Source of the DNA: Phycisphaerae bacterium
GTDB lineage: Bacteria > Planctomycetota > Phycisphaerae > Sedimentisphaerales > Anaerobacaceae
Reading direction: 5' to 3'
Assembly (NCBI GenBank): GCA_021736645.1
Contig: JAIPFM010000051.1
Location: 2,513-66,512 of the forward strand
DNA: 64,000 nt
Shown here: one piece after another, positions 47,531-58,310 of the stretch
How positions within the stretch are numbered: position 1 is the first letter of the stretch
How the letters are laid out: each line of letters starts with the position of its first letter
Translations under genes and position numbers: made by a program
The notes under the pieces: model-generated
What the model was told of the DNA's origin: nothing
Database searches by the model: none
Seen by the model: only the letters and a program-made list of their open reading frames with translations

Positions 47531-48252
47531 ATAAAGTTGAACCTTGAATCTCTGCCAGCTCCCACTCCAAGGGCAGGATTGAACTGGTGAAAGCTATTGT
47601 AGAACCAAAAGGTAGGCTATGGTTTTAAAATCTTGGAAAATGAGCAAAAATAATGAGTGGTCAAATCTGTGGATGGATGAAGGCTTCGGAGTTGAATGCC
47701 CAAAGCGCCTCAGCCTTCCTCCCAGGTGCCTCCTCGAGCCGGGACCGGGTGAACGATTACTGGGTACACCAGGGGCGGGCAGACCGCGAACTCGGTCATT
47801 TGAAGCCCTGTGTAGCGAGGGCATTGACGATCGGATGGACGCATGATTTGAACCCTCCACATTACAGACGCCTCTTGACGGGTGGAGGCAAAGGCATGAT
47901 GATACTCACGCTTGCGACCCCCTATTAGGGGTAAATCCAGGCCATGGCCTCTTGGCTTGGTGGCTCATTGATTTGAATGGGAAATCCAAAATGACCACAA
48001 GAAACGCTCGTTTCGTGTGGGCTGGTTCTTTCATGGGTTCCTTTTGTCGTGAGGCATGTGCGTCTGGGCGCCCGGCACCGACCCTGCAGACGTCACGGAA
48101 TCCATGGTCATTCTTAAGATTTTTGTCAACCGACCCTCGGAATTACGGGAGATAGCGAGTATGATTTCTAGGGTCCGGCAATGCTCGAGGTGCATTGAGC
48201 TTATGTGCGGACAGTCGTGATGCAGGGTGACCCTATGAACGAAGGAGTGGCC

Positions 48253-49671
48253 ATGGTGATGTGGAACTGTCGATGTCTTATTTGTTTGATGTGCATGTGG
48301 GGCACCCTGTGCATGGGGGCCGAGACTGCCCTGCAGACGCCGCCCATACCCGCGGTTCGCCTGCTTGACGGCCAGGCCATGGCCGCGGTCAAGGCCCGGA
48401 TTCAAGGAGGTGCGGCCGATCTGCAGCCGGCACTGAACCGCCTGTGCACCGAGGCGGATGCTGCGCTCAATCAGGGTCCCGTGTCTGTCATGGACAAGCA
48501 GGCCGTGCCGCCCAGCGGTGACAGGCACGACTATATGAGCATGGGGCCGTACTGGTGGCCCAATCCGGACACCGTAGACGGCCTGCCCTATATTCGAAGA
48601 GACGGCCATGCCAATCCTGAGCGAGAGCAGTTCGATTATGTCCCCCTGGGAACCCTGACAGATTCCGTGCATGTGTTGTCTTTGGCCTATTATTTGACGG
48701 ACAAGCAAGTCTATGCTGCACATGCAGCCACGATGATCCGGACCTGGTTCCTCGACGAAGCCACGCGCATGAATCCGAACCTCACCTTTGGGCAGCACAT
48801 CCCAGGCATCACAGAGGGACGCGGGATCGGCCTCATCGAAACGCGCAGATTCGTGGATATTCTCGAGGACGTGTCACTCCTGGCCGGATCCAACGCGTGG
48901 CAGGCTGCAGATGCGCGGGCCTTGAAGCAGTGGTTCAGCGACTTCCTGACCTGGATGCTGGAAAGCAAGAATGGCCAGGACGAGGCAGCCACAAAAAACA
49001 ATCACGGGTCATGGTACGATGTGCAGGTGGCCTACTATGCGTTGTTCACGGGTCGTGACTCAATCGCACAAGACGTACTGGGCCGGTTCGCTGAAAAACG
49101 TCTGGCCCGACACATAGAACCGGACGGCAGCCAGCCGTATGAACTGGACCGGACAAAGTCGTATGGATACAGCGTGTTCAATCTCGAAGCTCTGTTCGCA
49201 GGGGCGACATTGGCCCGGGACCTGGGTATTGACCTGTGGCACTGGTCTGACCAGGAACACGGTAGTCTTCAGAAAGCTCTGGATTATTTGATGCCTCATA
49301 CATTTTCCGGCAAGCCATGGCCCCACACGCAAATCGTGAATATCGCAGCATACAGGGAACGACTGTTGAGACTCCTGTCCCAGGCAGCGATCGTGTATCC
49401 GGATACAGGGTATGAAAGATTCCTTAACGAGCCTGGTGAATCGTTGCAGGATACCTTGATGCCATGGATGACTGGAATTCTGCATGTAGAAACACGCGAT
49501 CTGAAGTCCTGCATCGGCCCTGCCAAAAAGAAGGGCGGTTTTACCATGGACGGGTATATCCATACCAATGACGGGGGCGAGGCCATTGCCCTGTTCACCG
49601 CCTGCCTGCCCCTTGAAGGCCTGACACGCGTGGTGGCCCAACCCGTGGGCCACTATTATCCCGGAAATTGA
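48253..49671 (+). CDS. alginate-lyase/heparinase-II/III-like polysaccharide lyase family protein
   Basis: GAAGGAG RBS plus signal peptide. 'MGPYWWPNPDTVDGLPYIRRDGHANPE' resembles the Alginate_lyase (PF05426-like) block. Confidence 0.55.
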   Translation: MVMWNCRCLICLMCMWGTLCMGAETALQTPPIPAVRLLDGQAMAAVKARIQGGAADLQPALNRLCTEADAALNQGPVSVMDKQAVPPSGDRHDYMSMGPYWWPNPDTVDGLPYIRRDGHANPEREQFDYVPLGTLTDSVHVLSLAYYLTDKQVYAAHAATMIRTWFLDEATRMNPNLTFGQHIPGITEGRGIGLIETRRFVDILEDVSLLAGSNAWQAADARALKQWFSDFLTWMLESKNGQDEAATKNNHGSWYDVQVAYYALFTGRDSIAQDVLGRFAEKRLARHIEPDGSQPYELDRTKSYGYSVFNLEALFAGATLARDLGIDLWHWSDQEHGSLQKALDYLMPHTFSGKPWPHTQIVNIAAYRERLLRLLSQAAIVYPDTGYERFLNEPGESLQDTLMPWMTGILHVETRDLKSCIGPAKKKGGFTMDGYIHTNDGGEAIALFTACLPLEGLTRVVAQPVGHYYPGN

Positions 49672-49694
49672 AACGGAAGGGAGTGCAAGTGATA

Positions 49695-52253
49695 ATGCGA
49701 CCGACCATGACGATGTGTGTAAACACGGTTTTTCTTGCCCTGGTCTTTGTGGTAGGTGCAGCGCAGGCCCTGGCCAAAGGCCATCCGGTTGCGGTAGACT
49801 ATGACAAACTGATTGCACGGTCAGATCTACATGACAACGGGCCTGCGGAACGCAGCGAAGCGGGCCTCCCGATCGGCAACGGTCGCATGGGCAGTCTGCT
49901 CTGGACTGTGCCCACGGCCCTGCGCATGCAGATCAACCGGGTAGATGTATTCGGCAATAATAAGAATACCAACAGCTTTCCTCAAAGATACTCGGATTAC
50001 TGCGGCGGTTGTGCATTCGTGGATGTGAGTGTGCCCGGTTATGGGGATGCGATCTTTCCCGAAGAGGGTACCCGACAGCACCTTTCGTGCATAGATGGTC
50101 TGGCCACCATTCAGGGCCTGGGCGTACGCGTGCGTGCCCTGGCATGGATGGACCAGGATGTGATGGCCCTGGAGGTGACAGATGAACGCTCGCATCCCGA
50201 TTCCATCAGCATCGACCTGCGCATGCTGCGTTTTGCCTGGACCCGGGCTGCACGCACCTCGCGCGAGCCGCTTGTATCTGTGGTTCGAACGTTGAGCCAG
50301 ACCGCAACCTCGCGACTCGAAGCCAAAGGGGACAGCCTGGTCCTGACTCAGCGTTTTGAAGAGGATGTGTATTTTTGCAGTTCCGCGGTGGCTGTGGAGG
50401 TCATAGGCCGTGACACACAGATTCGGCAGACCCGTGACGATGAGATGAGCCTGGTGGTGGCACCTGGACAGGGCACCTTTACGGTCCTGATCTCCAGTGC
50501 AGCCACCTTCAACCCGGACGAGGACGTCACACGCACCGCAATCGGACTGTTGGGTCACGCTGCGCAGAGACAATTTACCGGTCTGCATGAAGCGAATAAA
50601 GCCTGGTGGAAGGCGTTCTGGAGCAAGGGATTCATCTCTCTGCACAGTGAAGACGGCATCGCAGACACGATCGCACAGAACTATCTGTATTACCTGTATA
50701 TCATGGCCTCTTCGTCTCGCGGTTCGTATCCTGCCAAGTTCAACGGCATGATCTGGATCACAGGGGGAGACGAGCGCCAGTGGGGCAGCCAGTACTGGGG
50801 GGCAAACCAGAGCTGCCTGTACAATGCCCTGTTTGCCGCGAATCGTCTGGATCTCCTGGACCCCATGTTCGACATGTACACCGGAATGATGACATCCTGT
50901 TCAAAGGCTGCACAACAGCAGTGGGGCAGTCAGGGCATCTTTCTGCCCGAGACCTTTGCGTTCGACGGACTGGAGGAAATGCCCAGCGACATCGCGGCCG
51001 AGATGCAGGATCTCTATTTGATGCGCCAGCCCTGGGCACAGGCGTCAGTGCGATTCCGCGAGTTTGCCGCCAACAAACAGCCCCACTCGAGCCGGTGGAA
51101 CTGGATCAGCGGGGGACAGTGGGTCAACGGCCGCTGGCAGCCCACAGAACGCGCAGAAGCGCCCTTTGGGGCAGTGACACACATCTTCTCACGCGGGGCC
51201 AAGATCGCGTACCAGTTCTGGATGCAGTACGAGTACACACTGGACAGGACCTGGCTTGCAGAGCGGGCCTACCCCATGATCAAGGGCGTGGCAGAATTCT
51301 ATCGCAACCTGCCCAATGTCAGGCAGGGCCAGGACGGCAAGATCCACATCTACAGTGTGAACAGCAACGAATCCGTGCGTGACGGTATGGACACGGACGA
51401 GGAGATCGCTGCCATGCAGGGGATCTTCCCTGTGGCGATCGGGGCTTCCGAAATCCTCGGCGTGGATACCGAACTGCGCAACACGTGGCAGGACTTTCTC
51501 GGTCATCTGGCACCTCTGGCGCAAAGCGATGCGTCGGCGACCGGGACCGACCCGCACTGGGTCCGAGCTGCGAACACTGCAGGGGGACGCGGGGCAGGGC
51601 GACCGGACGGCAACACCATGCCCATGTGGTTCTTTGACCTGTGTACACTTGAGAATCCGGACAACGACACCCTGCAACTGGCCAACAACACGCTGGACGG
51701 CTACAGGCAGAGCAATATCGGTGTACTCTCGAAGATCGGTGTCACGGCTGCCATGATGGGCCGTGCAGACTGGGTAAAGATGCTCCTGCCGGATCAACTC
51801 CTGAATCCTGATCGTGCACCGATCATGGCCAATCGTATGGACCAGAGAGAGGGACGCCAAACCACCAGTGCCCAACGTCTCGGTCGCGTGGCAGATGCAC
51901 TGCACAATGCCCTGCTGCAGAGCGTGCCCCCTGGGCCTGCGCAGAACCCGGTGATTCGTGTGTATCCTGCATGGCCAAAGCAATGGGATGCCGCGTACAC
52001 ATTGCTGGCGCGAGGCGCCTTTCTGGTGAGTTCGTCCATGACAGGGGGACAGATCGAGTTCGTGCAGATCCAGTCGCAAAAGGGTGGCGAGTGCCGCCTG
52101 CGTAATCCCTGGCCGGACAGGACGGTGACATTGCATCGCAACGGGGACAGGGGCGAAGACCTGTCCGGCTCGCTGTTGACATTTTCGACCTCAGTGGACG
52201 AGACTATTGTGGTGGCGATCAAGGGAGTGACACCTTCACTGAAGCAGATATGA
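49695..52253 (+). CDS. GH95-family glycoside hydrolase (alpha-L-fucosidase/galactosidase)
   Basis: Signal peptide. 'GLPIGNGRMGSLLW...LRMQINRVDVF' matches the GH95 N-terminal block. Size 850 aa fits. Confidence 0.7.
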   Translation: MRPTMTMCVNTVFLALVFVVGAAQALAKGHPVAVDYDKLIARSDLHDNGPAERSEAGLPIGNGRMGSLLWTVPTALRMQINRVDVFGNNKNTNSFPQRYSDYCGGCAFVDVSVPGYGDAIFPEEGTRQHLSCIDGLATIQGLGVRVRALAWMDQDVMALEVTDERSHPDSISIDLRMLRFAWTRAARTSREPLVSVVRTLSQTATSRLEAKGDSLVLTQRFEEDVYFCSSAVAVEVIGRDTQIRQTRDDEMSLVVAPGQGTFTVLISSAATFNPDEDVTRTAIGLLGHAAQRQFTGLHEANKAWWKAFWSKGFISLHSEDGIADTIAQNYLYYLYIMASSSRGSYPAKFNGMIWITGGDERQWGSQYWGANQSCLYNALFAANRLDLLDPMFDMYTGMMTSCSKAAQQQWGSQGIFLPETFAFDGLEEMPSDIAAEMQDLYLMRQPWAQASVRFREFAANKQPHSSRWNWISGGQWVNGRWQPTERAEAPFGAVTHIFSRGAKIAYQFWMQYEYTLDRTWLAERAYPMIKGVAEFYRNLPNVRQGQDGKIHIYSVNSNESVRDGMDTDEEIAAMQGIFPVAIGASEILGVDTELRNTWQDFLGHLAPLAQSDASATGTDPHWVRAANTAGGRGAGRPDGNTMPMWFFDLCTLENPDNDTLQLANNTLDGYRQSNIGVLSKIGVTAAMMGRADWVKMLLPDQLLNPDRAPIMANRMDQREGRQTTSAQRLGRVADALHNALLQSVPPGPAQNPVIRVYPAWPKQWDAAYTLLARGAFLVSSSMTGGQIEFVQIQSQKGGECRLRNPWPDRTVTLHRNGDRGEDLSGSLLTFSTSVDETIVVAIKGVTPSLKQI

Positions 52254-52311
52254 GGAGTGTATCATACTGAAACTAAAGCCATCAGTCACCTGCAAAATAT
52301 TGGAGGTTAAC

Positions 52312-54156
52312 ATGAATCAAAAGACATCACGAATAAAACTAATCTGTTGGGCCATGGCGGGTGCGATTCTCCTGGGGCATGCCTTGTACGCTGCTGAATC
52401 CGGGGTCTCTTCTCCGGACGGGCGCATCACGGCCGCGCTGGTCTTTGACGAGACTGCTGGTGCAGTCACTTACAGTGTCAAGAGCGGTTGGGTGACTATC
52501 ATTGAATCCAGCCCCATGGGCATGATCACGGACATGGCTGATTTTACACATGGGATGTCTCTGAAGTCTGTCACCACTGAGAACGTCGATGAAACATATC
52601 AATTGCCTGTGGGCAAGCGATCGACCTATGTGAACCGGGCCAATGAATTGGCCTTGCTTCTGGGCAAAAACGGGACGGACATGCGCTTTCGTTTTCGCGT
52701 GTACAATGACGGCATTGCCTTCAGTTATGCAGTGAATGGTACAGGCCCCATTGCCATTTCCGGTGAGACCAGTGCGTTCAGACTGCCTGCCACAGGCCCT
52801 GTGACCTATTGGGGACAGAACCATCCCAACAACTATGGGTATGAAACCATGCTGGGACGCATTAATGGAAACCGCATGTCCATTCCGGTTCTGGCTGAAC
52901 TGGAAGACCAGGATCACTTTGTGTTCCTGGCCCAGGCCGCGTCCTACGGCACTTATATTATTCCCAATTTCAAACGGGACGGCCGCCAATTCAATGTCAG
53001 TTTTCCCATGGACCAGGATGGGCCTGTCAAGACGACATTGCCGTTTCAGTCTCCGTGGCGTGTGGCGATCCTCTCACCGAAGAATCCTGGAAAGATCGTG
53101 GAATCTGTGATGCTGGAAAATCTCAATCCGCCCACAGAGCCTGACCTGATCAACGCCGACTGGCTCAAGGCAGGCCGTGCCAGTTGGGACTACCTGGCCG
53201 GTGACAGGGACAATCCCCAGGTGTGGATCGATTTCGTGGCAGACATGGGCTGGGAATATCACCTGGTGGATGCACGCTTTGAAAATCGGTTCGATGTGCC
53301 TGCAGCCACCAAGTATGCACGTGAAAAGGGAGTCGAAATCATCGGGTGGGGGTACACACCGGATTTAAATACACGGGAAAAGGCCGAGCAGGTCCTGACG
53401 CACTACAAGCAATGGGGACTCAGGGGGGCCAAGCTCGATTTCTTTGATCACCATCCGTTTGTGGAGAACAAGCGCACCAATGACTTTGAAGACACCCAGG
53501 CCAGCCTGCAGATGCGCGACACTTTCATGGAGATTGCTGCGAAGCTGCATCTTGTCCTGGAGTTTCATGGCTGCACGCTGCCCACAGGCGAGCGTCGCAG
53601 GTATCCCAACTTCATCACCGCCGAGGGTATTGCAGGCATGGAAAAACGAAATCCAAAGGCGTCCAATGAGATGACCATTCCGTACGTGCGCAACATCATG
53701 GGACCTGCCAGCTTCACGGTGGTCAATTTCAGTCGCTCTTTGGGGTCCCTGGCCTATCAGATGGGGCAGTCTGTGGTGTATGAAGCAGGTATCCAGATCT
53801 ATGCGGAGCGACATGACCGGCTGCGCGCCTTTGCCGGCGTAGACTTTTTGAAGAAACTCCCTGCGGCCTGGGATGACATTCATTTTGTAGACGGGTATCC
53901 TGAAAGTCACGCCATCTTTGCACGGCGCAAGGGCAATGACTGGTTTGTGGGCGGCATCACGGATCAGGCCAGAGACGCACGTGTGCCGCTGGATTTTCTC
54001 AAGCCGAATACCACCTATCAGGCCAAGATCTACAAAGACGGGGCCGCAAAGGCAGACCTCGTGATCGAAGACAAGACCGTGACGAGAGAGGACATCTTGG
54101 CCTTGCCCATGCTGCAAAATGGCGGTTTTGCAGTGTATCTGAAACCGGTTCAATAG
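52312..54156 (+). CDS. GH97-family glycoside hydrolase
   Basis: GGAGG RBS plus signal peptide. 'SSPDGRITAALVFDETAGAVTYSV' N-terminus is like GH97 (SusB-like). TIM-barrel block 'WIDFVADMGWEYHLVD'. Confidence 0.7.
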   Translation: MNQKTSRIKLICWAMAGAILLGHALYAAESGVSSPDGRITAALVFDETAGAVTYSVKSGWVTIIESSPMGMITDMADFTHGMSLKSVTTENVDETYQLPVGKRSTYVNRANELALLLGKNGTDMRFRFRVYNDGIAFSYAVNGTGPIAISGETSAFRLPATGPVTYWGQNHPNNYGYETMLGRINGNRMSIPVLAELEDQDHFVFLAQAASYGTYIIPNFKRDGRQFNVSFPMDQDGPVKTTLPFQSPWRVAILSPKNPGKIVESVMLENLNPPTEPDLINADWLKAGRASWDYLAGDRDNPQVWIDFVADMGWEYHLVDARFENRFDVPAATKYAREKGVEIIGWGYTPDLNTREKAEQVLTHYKQWGLRGAKLDFFDHHPFVENKRTNDFEDTQASLQMRDTFMEIAAKLHLVLEFHGCTLPTGERRRYPNFITAEGIAGMEKRNPKASNEMTIPYVRNIMGPASFTVVNFSRSLGSLAYQMGQSVVYEAGIQIYAERHDRLRAFAGVDFLKKLPAAWDDIHFVDGYPESHAIFARRKGNDWFVGGITDQARDARVPLDFLKPNTTYQAKIYKDGAAKADLVIEDKTVTREDILALPMLQNGGFAVYLKPVQ

Positions 54157-54201
54157 AGTAAGATGATACAAACACTGTCACCTTGACAAGGAGATCGATC
54201 T

Positions 54202-55551
54202 ATGAGTTCGACAAATGTGAATCACACAGGCCGGCATGCGGCACAGTGGATTCTTGTACTGGCCGTGATTGCCGGGATTTCTGCATACGGCCAGGCACCG
54301 GTTCAGAGTGCCTCATCCTCGAAGAACAAGGCCGACCGTGAGGCCTGGTTTATGGACCAGGGTCTCGGCCTGTTTATCCATTGGAGCGTGGATTCCCAGT
54401 TGGGGTCCGTGATCAGCCACTCCATGGTAGGGGCGTCTCAGGCGTATCTGGATCGATTCGTGAACGAGCTGCCCAAGACCTTCTGCCCGGATCAGTTCAA
54501 TCCCGAACAGTGGGCACGTCTGGCCAGAATCGCGGGCGTGAAGTATGTGGTCTTTACCACCAAGCATCACAGCGGCTTCTGCATGTTCGACACGGAGACC
54601 ACGCCCTTCAATGTGATGAATACGCCGTATGCGAGGGACATCACGCGACAGATCGTGAATGCCTTTCGCAGTCAGGGCATCTCCGTGGGTTTCTATTTTT
54701 CGCCGGACGACTTCTGGGTCCTGTACCAGCAGGGTAAGGACATCAGCCGCCGCCGTGCCGAGGCCCTGCCCCTGAACAATCCGGAACTCATGGCCCACAA
54801 CAAGGCCCAACTCAGAGAACTGCTCTCCAGCTATGGCCCGATTGACACGCTCTTTCTGGACGGCCAGCCCGACGGACTCAAGGCACTGGCCTGGGACATG
54901 GACCCCAATGTGATCATCACGCGCGGGGCCATGGAAACGCCCGAACAGAAGACGCCGGACGGGCCCATGCCGGGTCCGTGGGAGGCCTGCTACACACTGG
55001 GGACCCAGTGGCAGTTCAAGCCGACGAATGACGAATACAAATCCGGCACGCAATTGATCGAGATGCTCATCGAGATCCGCGCCAAGGGCGGCAACTTCCT
55101 GCTCAATGTAGGGCCCGAGCCGTCAGGTGTTATTCCCTTTGAGCAGGAGCGCCGCATGCGTGAATTGGGCCTGTGGTTGTTTGTCAACGGCGAGGCCATC
55201 TATGCCATCCGGCCCTGGCACGTGATCCGGGAAGAGAATATCTGGTTCACCCGGGCCAGAGACGCTGACACTGTGTATGCCTTTGTGACCGGTATCCCGG
55301 ACTGGAAAAAGGGTCAGCGCAGGCAGTTCACACTGAAAAGCGTGCGTGTGACAGAGGCCAGTGACATCGAGATCCTGGGCCAATCCGGTCGCGTTCTGGA
55401 ATACAACCCTCAGGCCAACCCCAGGGCCAAATGGACCCAGGACGAAAACGGTCTGCACATCGATGTGATGCGTGCGCAGCGACTCTACAACAACAGCCAG
55501 TGGCCCAATCCTGTGGTGATCAAGATCACCCATGCACAGCCCGTGAAATGA
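54202..55551 (+). CDS. GH29 alpha-L-fucosidase
   Basis: AAGGAG RBS, signal peptide, 'HHSGFCMFDTETTPFNVMNTPY' GH29 signature. Confidence 0.85.
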   Translation: MSSTNVNHTGRHAAQWILVLAVIAGISAYGQAPVQSASSSKNKADREAWFMDQGLGLFIHWSVDSQLGSVISHSMVGASQAYLDRFVNELPKTFCPDQFNPEQWARLARIAGVKYVVFTTKHHSGFCMFDTETTPFNVMNTPYARDITRQIVNAFRSQGISVGFYFSPDDFWVLYQQGKDISRRRAEALPLNNPELMAHNKAQLRELLSSYGPIDTLFLDGQPDGLKALAWDMDPNVIITRGAMETPEQKTPDGPMPGPWEACYTLGTQWQFKPTNDEYKSGTQLIEMLIEIRAKGGNFLLNVGPEPSGVIPFEQERRMRELGLWLFVNGEAIYAIRPWHVIREENIWFTRARDADTVYAFVTGIPDWKKGQRRQFTLKSVRVTEASDIEILGQSGRVLEYNPQANPRAKWTQDENGLHIDVMRAQRLYNNSQWPNPVVIKITHAQPVK

Positions 55552-55558
55552 GAGATTT

Positions 55559-57016
55559 ATGAATACATCTGTGAAGCACCCGCTGACTATCCTTATATAT
55601 GTCTCATCGCTCCTGCTGCTCATGGCAAGTCAGGGCAATGCGCAGACGCTGGTGTCCAGTGCTGAGTCGCTGACGCGCGCACTTTTGACGGCACGGCCTG
55701 GTGACGAGATCGTGATACAAAACGGCACGTATCAGGATTGGGTCCTGGACATCGGCTGTTCCGGCAGTGCAGAGAGACGTCTTGTGGTGCGTGCAGAAAC
55801 ACCGGGTCAGGCGATTTTGACCGGTGACTCGCGCATGAGGATCAGCGGGGATCATGTGACAGTTGCCGGTCTCTGTTTCAAGGACGGGCAGGCCACTAGC
55901 GAGATCTGGCAGGTGACTGGGTCGTTTGTGCGCATTACAGACTGCGCATTGGTCAATTACAAAGATGGCGGGCGAAAATGGATCAGGATGTATGTGGGCA
56001 GGGAAAACCGCCTGGATCACAACATGATTAGCGGCAAGACAGAAAAGGACGTGACCCTGCAGATTGACGTGTCCGAGTCAGGCGAGCTCAACCACCACCG
56101 CATTGACCACAATGTGTTCGGCCCTCGGGCACGCGGCCAAGGCAATGGGTGGGAGACCATCCGCAACGGGTACAGCCACCAGCAGAACAATCCTGCGCAC
56201 AATCTGTTCGAACACAATCTTTTCTATGCGTGCGATGGGGAGAACGAGATCATCTCCAGCAAGAGTTCGTACAATACGTATCAGTACAACACCTTCCGCA
56301 ACTGCGCGGGCGAACTGACACTACGCCACGGAAAATACAATCGGGTGGAGGGCAACTTCTTTTTTGGGGAGGGCAAGCGGGGCTCTGCCGGCATTCGCAT
56401 CATTGGCGAGGGGCACCGGGTGGTGAACAACTACATTGAAAACACACGCGGCATCGGCATTCAGATCTATGAAGGTGAAGGCACTGCCCAGGCCACAGGC
56501 TACCAGGCAGCCAATGACGTGCTGGTCGCGTTCAACACGATCGTGCGCAACCGCGGCAATGGCATCAATGTCAGGGATTATGAACGGACCCCGCGTCACA
56601 TGGTGATCGCCAACAATCTGGTGGTGGGCAACGTGTCCGCTGTGTCACGTCTGACACCGGCACAGTTATCTGAGAGTTATGCACTGGTCGGTAATATGGC
56701 CTGGGATAATCCTATAGAGATTCCTGCGCCGGAAACTGCGTTCAGGCTGTGCGATCCGGCACTGAGCCGAGATGCAACAGGCGTCCTGCGGCCCGGGCCC
56801 GACAGCAGCGTGGTGGGCCGTGCAGTGTCTTTGACGATTGACATCAAGACTGACCTGGACGGACAGGTACGAGCCAATCCAATGGATGTGGGTGCAGACC
56901 AGGTCAATGGTACGGGTGACACAATTAATCGGCCGTTGGCGGTCACGGATATTGGAATACGTGTGGGTCCGTCCTGGACAAAGGATGGGTCGTTCATGAT
57001 CGAACCGAATAATTAG
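55559..57016 (+). CDS. PL6-family polysaccharide lyase (chondroitinase-B / alginate-lyase-like right-handed beta-helix)
   Basis: N-terminal 'ARPGDEIVIQNGTYQD...RAETPGQAILTGDSRMRISGDHVTVAGLCFKDG' and 'ENEIISSKSSYNTYQYNTFRNCAGELTLRHG' align block-for-block with chondroitinase B. Confidence 0.8.
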   Translation: MNTSVKHPLTILIYVSSLLLLMASQGNAQTLVSSAESLTRALLTARPGDEIVIQNGTYQDWVLDIGCSGSAERRLVVRAETPGQAILTGDSRMRISGDHVTVAGLCFKDGQATSEIWQVTGSFVRITDCALVNYKDGGRKWIRMYVGRENRLDHNMISGKTEKDVTLQIDVSESGELNHHRIDHNVFGPRARGQGNGWETIRNGYSHQQNNPAHNLFEHNLFYACDGENEIISSKSSYNTYQYNTFRNCAGELTLRHGKYNRVEGNFFFGEGKRGSAGIRIIGEGHRVVNNYIENTRGIGIQIYEGEGTAQATGYQAANDVLVAFNTIVRNRGNGINVRDYERTPRHMVIANNLVVGNVSAVSRLTPAQLSESYALVGNMAWDNPIEIPAPETAFRLCDPALSRDATGVLRPGPDSSVVGRAVSLTIDIKTDLDGQVRANPMDVGADQVNGTGDTINRPLAVTDIGIRVGPSWTKDGSFMIEPNN

Positions 57017-57042
57017 GATGAACCATAAAGGAGACTGGATCC

Positions 57043-58293
57043 ATGGATCGACGTCATTTTCTGGAATTGGGTGTGGGTATTGGCGGGACACTTGTTTCGG
57101 GCTGCGGGTTAAAGGCAAACAGGGCCCAGCGCATCAGGGAGGCTGACGAGGCCACGCGCACTGCACTGGATCAGATCGCCCGAGATCCTGTGCTGCGTCT
57201 GGTGGACCTCGAATCTCCAGTGCTGATCGATTCCATTCAGTTGGTCAGCGACGGACGAGACACCTTTGTGCATGTGCGTTCCAAAGACGGGGCCCAGGGT
57301 CTTTCCGTGACCAATGGTCGGGCCTATCTGCATGAGATTCTGCGGAAATGTGTGATCCCCTATTTCAAGGGCAAGGATGCACGCGACCTGGAGGCGCACC
57401 TGTTCGAGGTGTATCGCCACGGGAGTAACTACAAACTGCAGGGTCTGGCCCTGTGGTGTCCTGTGGCCTGGGTGGAGATGGCGATCCTGGACATGCTGGG
57501 CCGGATCAACGGCCGGTCCATGGGGCAGCTCCTGGGTGACCCGGTCCGAGATGCCGTGCCCTTTTATGTGGCCAGCAGTCGTCGTGACACAACCCCGGAG
57601 CAGGAAGTCGTGCATCTGCAGTCCCTGATCGATGAAACCGGGGCCAAGGCAGTCAAATACCGGGTGGGCGGGCGCATGAGCCGCAATGAAGATTCGCTGC
57701 CTGGACGCACAGAAGGACTCATTCCCCTGTCCCGAAAGGCCCTGGGCGATCAGATCGCGATTCACGCAGATGCCAACAGCTCCTACGACGCTTCCCATGC
57801 CATTGAGGTGGGCAGGATGCTGGAGGCCATCGGTGCCGAACACTTTGAGGAACCCTGTCCCTTCGATGATCTGGAGGCCACACGCCAGGTGACACAGGCC
57901 CTGACCATCCCCATTGCCGGGGGCGAACAGGAATTCAGCGAGGCCCGTTTTCGTGACATGATCGCGCGTCGGTGCGTGGACATCACACAGCCGGATCTGC
58001 ACTACTATGGCGGCATGATCCGTTCGACGCGCGTGGCACGCATGTCCGCGGCGCTCGGCATGCCCACCACCGTGCATATCTCGGGCGGATTCGGGTTTGT
58101 GTACATGCTGCATTTTGCGTCGTTTACACCGGACATCGGCCCGTACCAGGAATACAAAACCGGTGTGGAACGTTATGGCAAATGGTTTGATCCGGCCCTG
58201 GAAATTCGAGACGGGGCCTTGACCGTGCCGCAGGGCCCGGGTGTGGGCATCAAGGACATCGATGCGGTTCTCAAGGGGGCGAAACCCGTGTAA
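57043..58293 (+). CDS. Tat-exported enolase-superfamily (mandelate racemase/muconate lactonizing enzyme-like) sugar-acid dehydratase
   Basis: Twin-arginine signal 'RRHFLELGVGIGG'. MR/MLE N-terminal and C-terminal domain motifs, with K.K and D/E/D metal ligands implied. Confidence 0.75.
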   Translation: MDRRHFLELGVGIGGTLVSGCGLKANRAQRIREADEATRTALDQIARDPVLRLVDLESPVLIDSIQLVSDGRDTFVHVRSKDGAQGLSVTNGRAYLHEILRKCVIPYFKGKDARDLEAHLFEVYRHGSNYKLQGLALWCPVAWVEMAILDMLGRINGRSMGQLLGDPVRDAVPFYVASSRRDTTPEQEVVHLQSLIDETGAKAVKYRVGGRMSRNEDSLPGRTEGLIPLSRKALGDQIAIHADANSSYDASHAIEVGRMLEAIGAEHFEEPCPFDDLEATRQVTQALTIPIAGGEQEFSEARFRDMIARRCVDITQPDLHYYGGMIRSTRVARMSAALGMPTTVHISGGFGFVYMLHFASFTPDIGPYQEYKTGVERYGKWFDPALEIRDGALTVPQGPGVGIKDIDAVLKGAKPV

Positions 58294-58310
58294 ACTGCGG
58301 TAGATTTATC

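Noticed and set aside
47842-47865. tRNA-like T-arm (GGGTTCAAATC) in the long intergenic region
   Set aside because: Flanking sequence does not complete a T-stem or acceptor stem, and no cloverleaf can be drawn.
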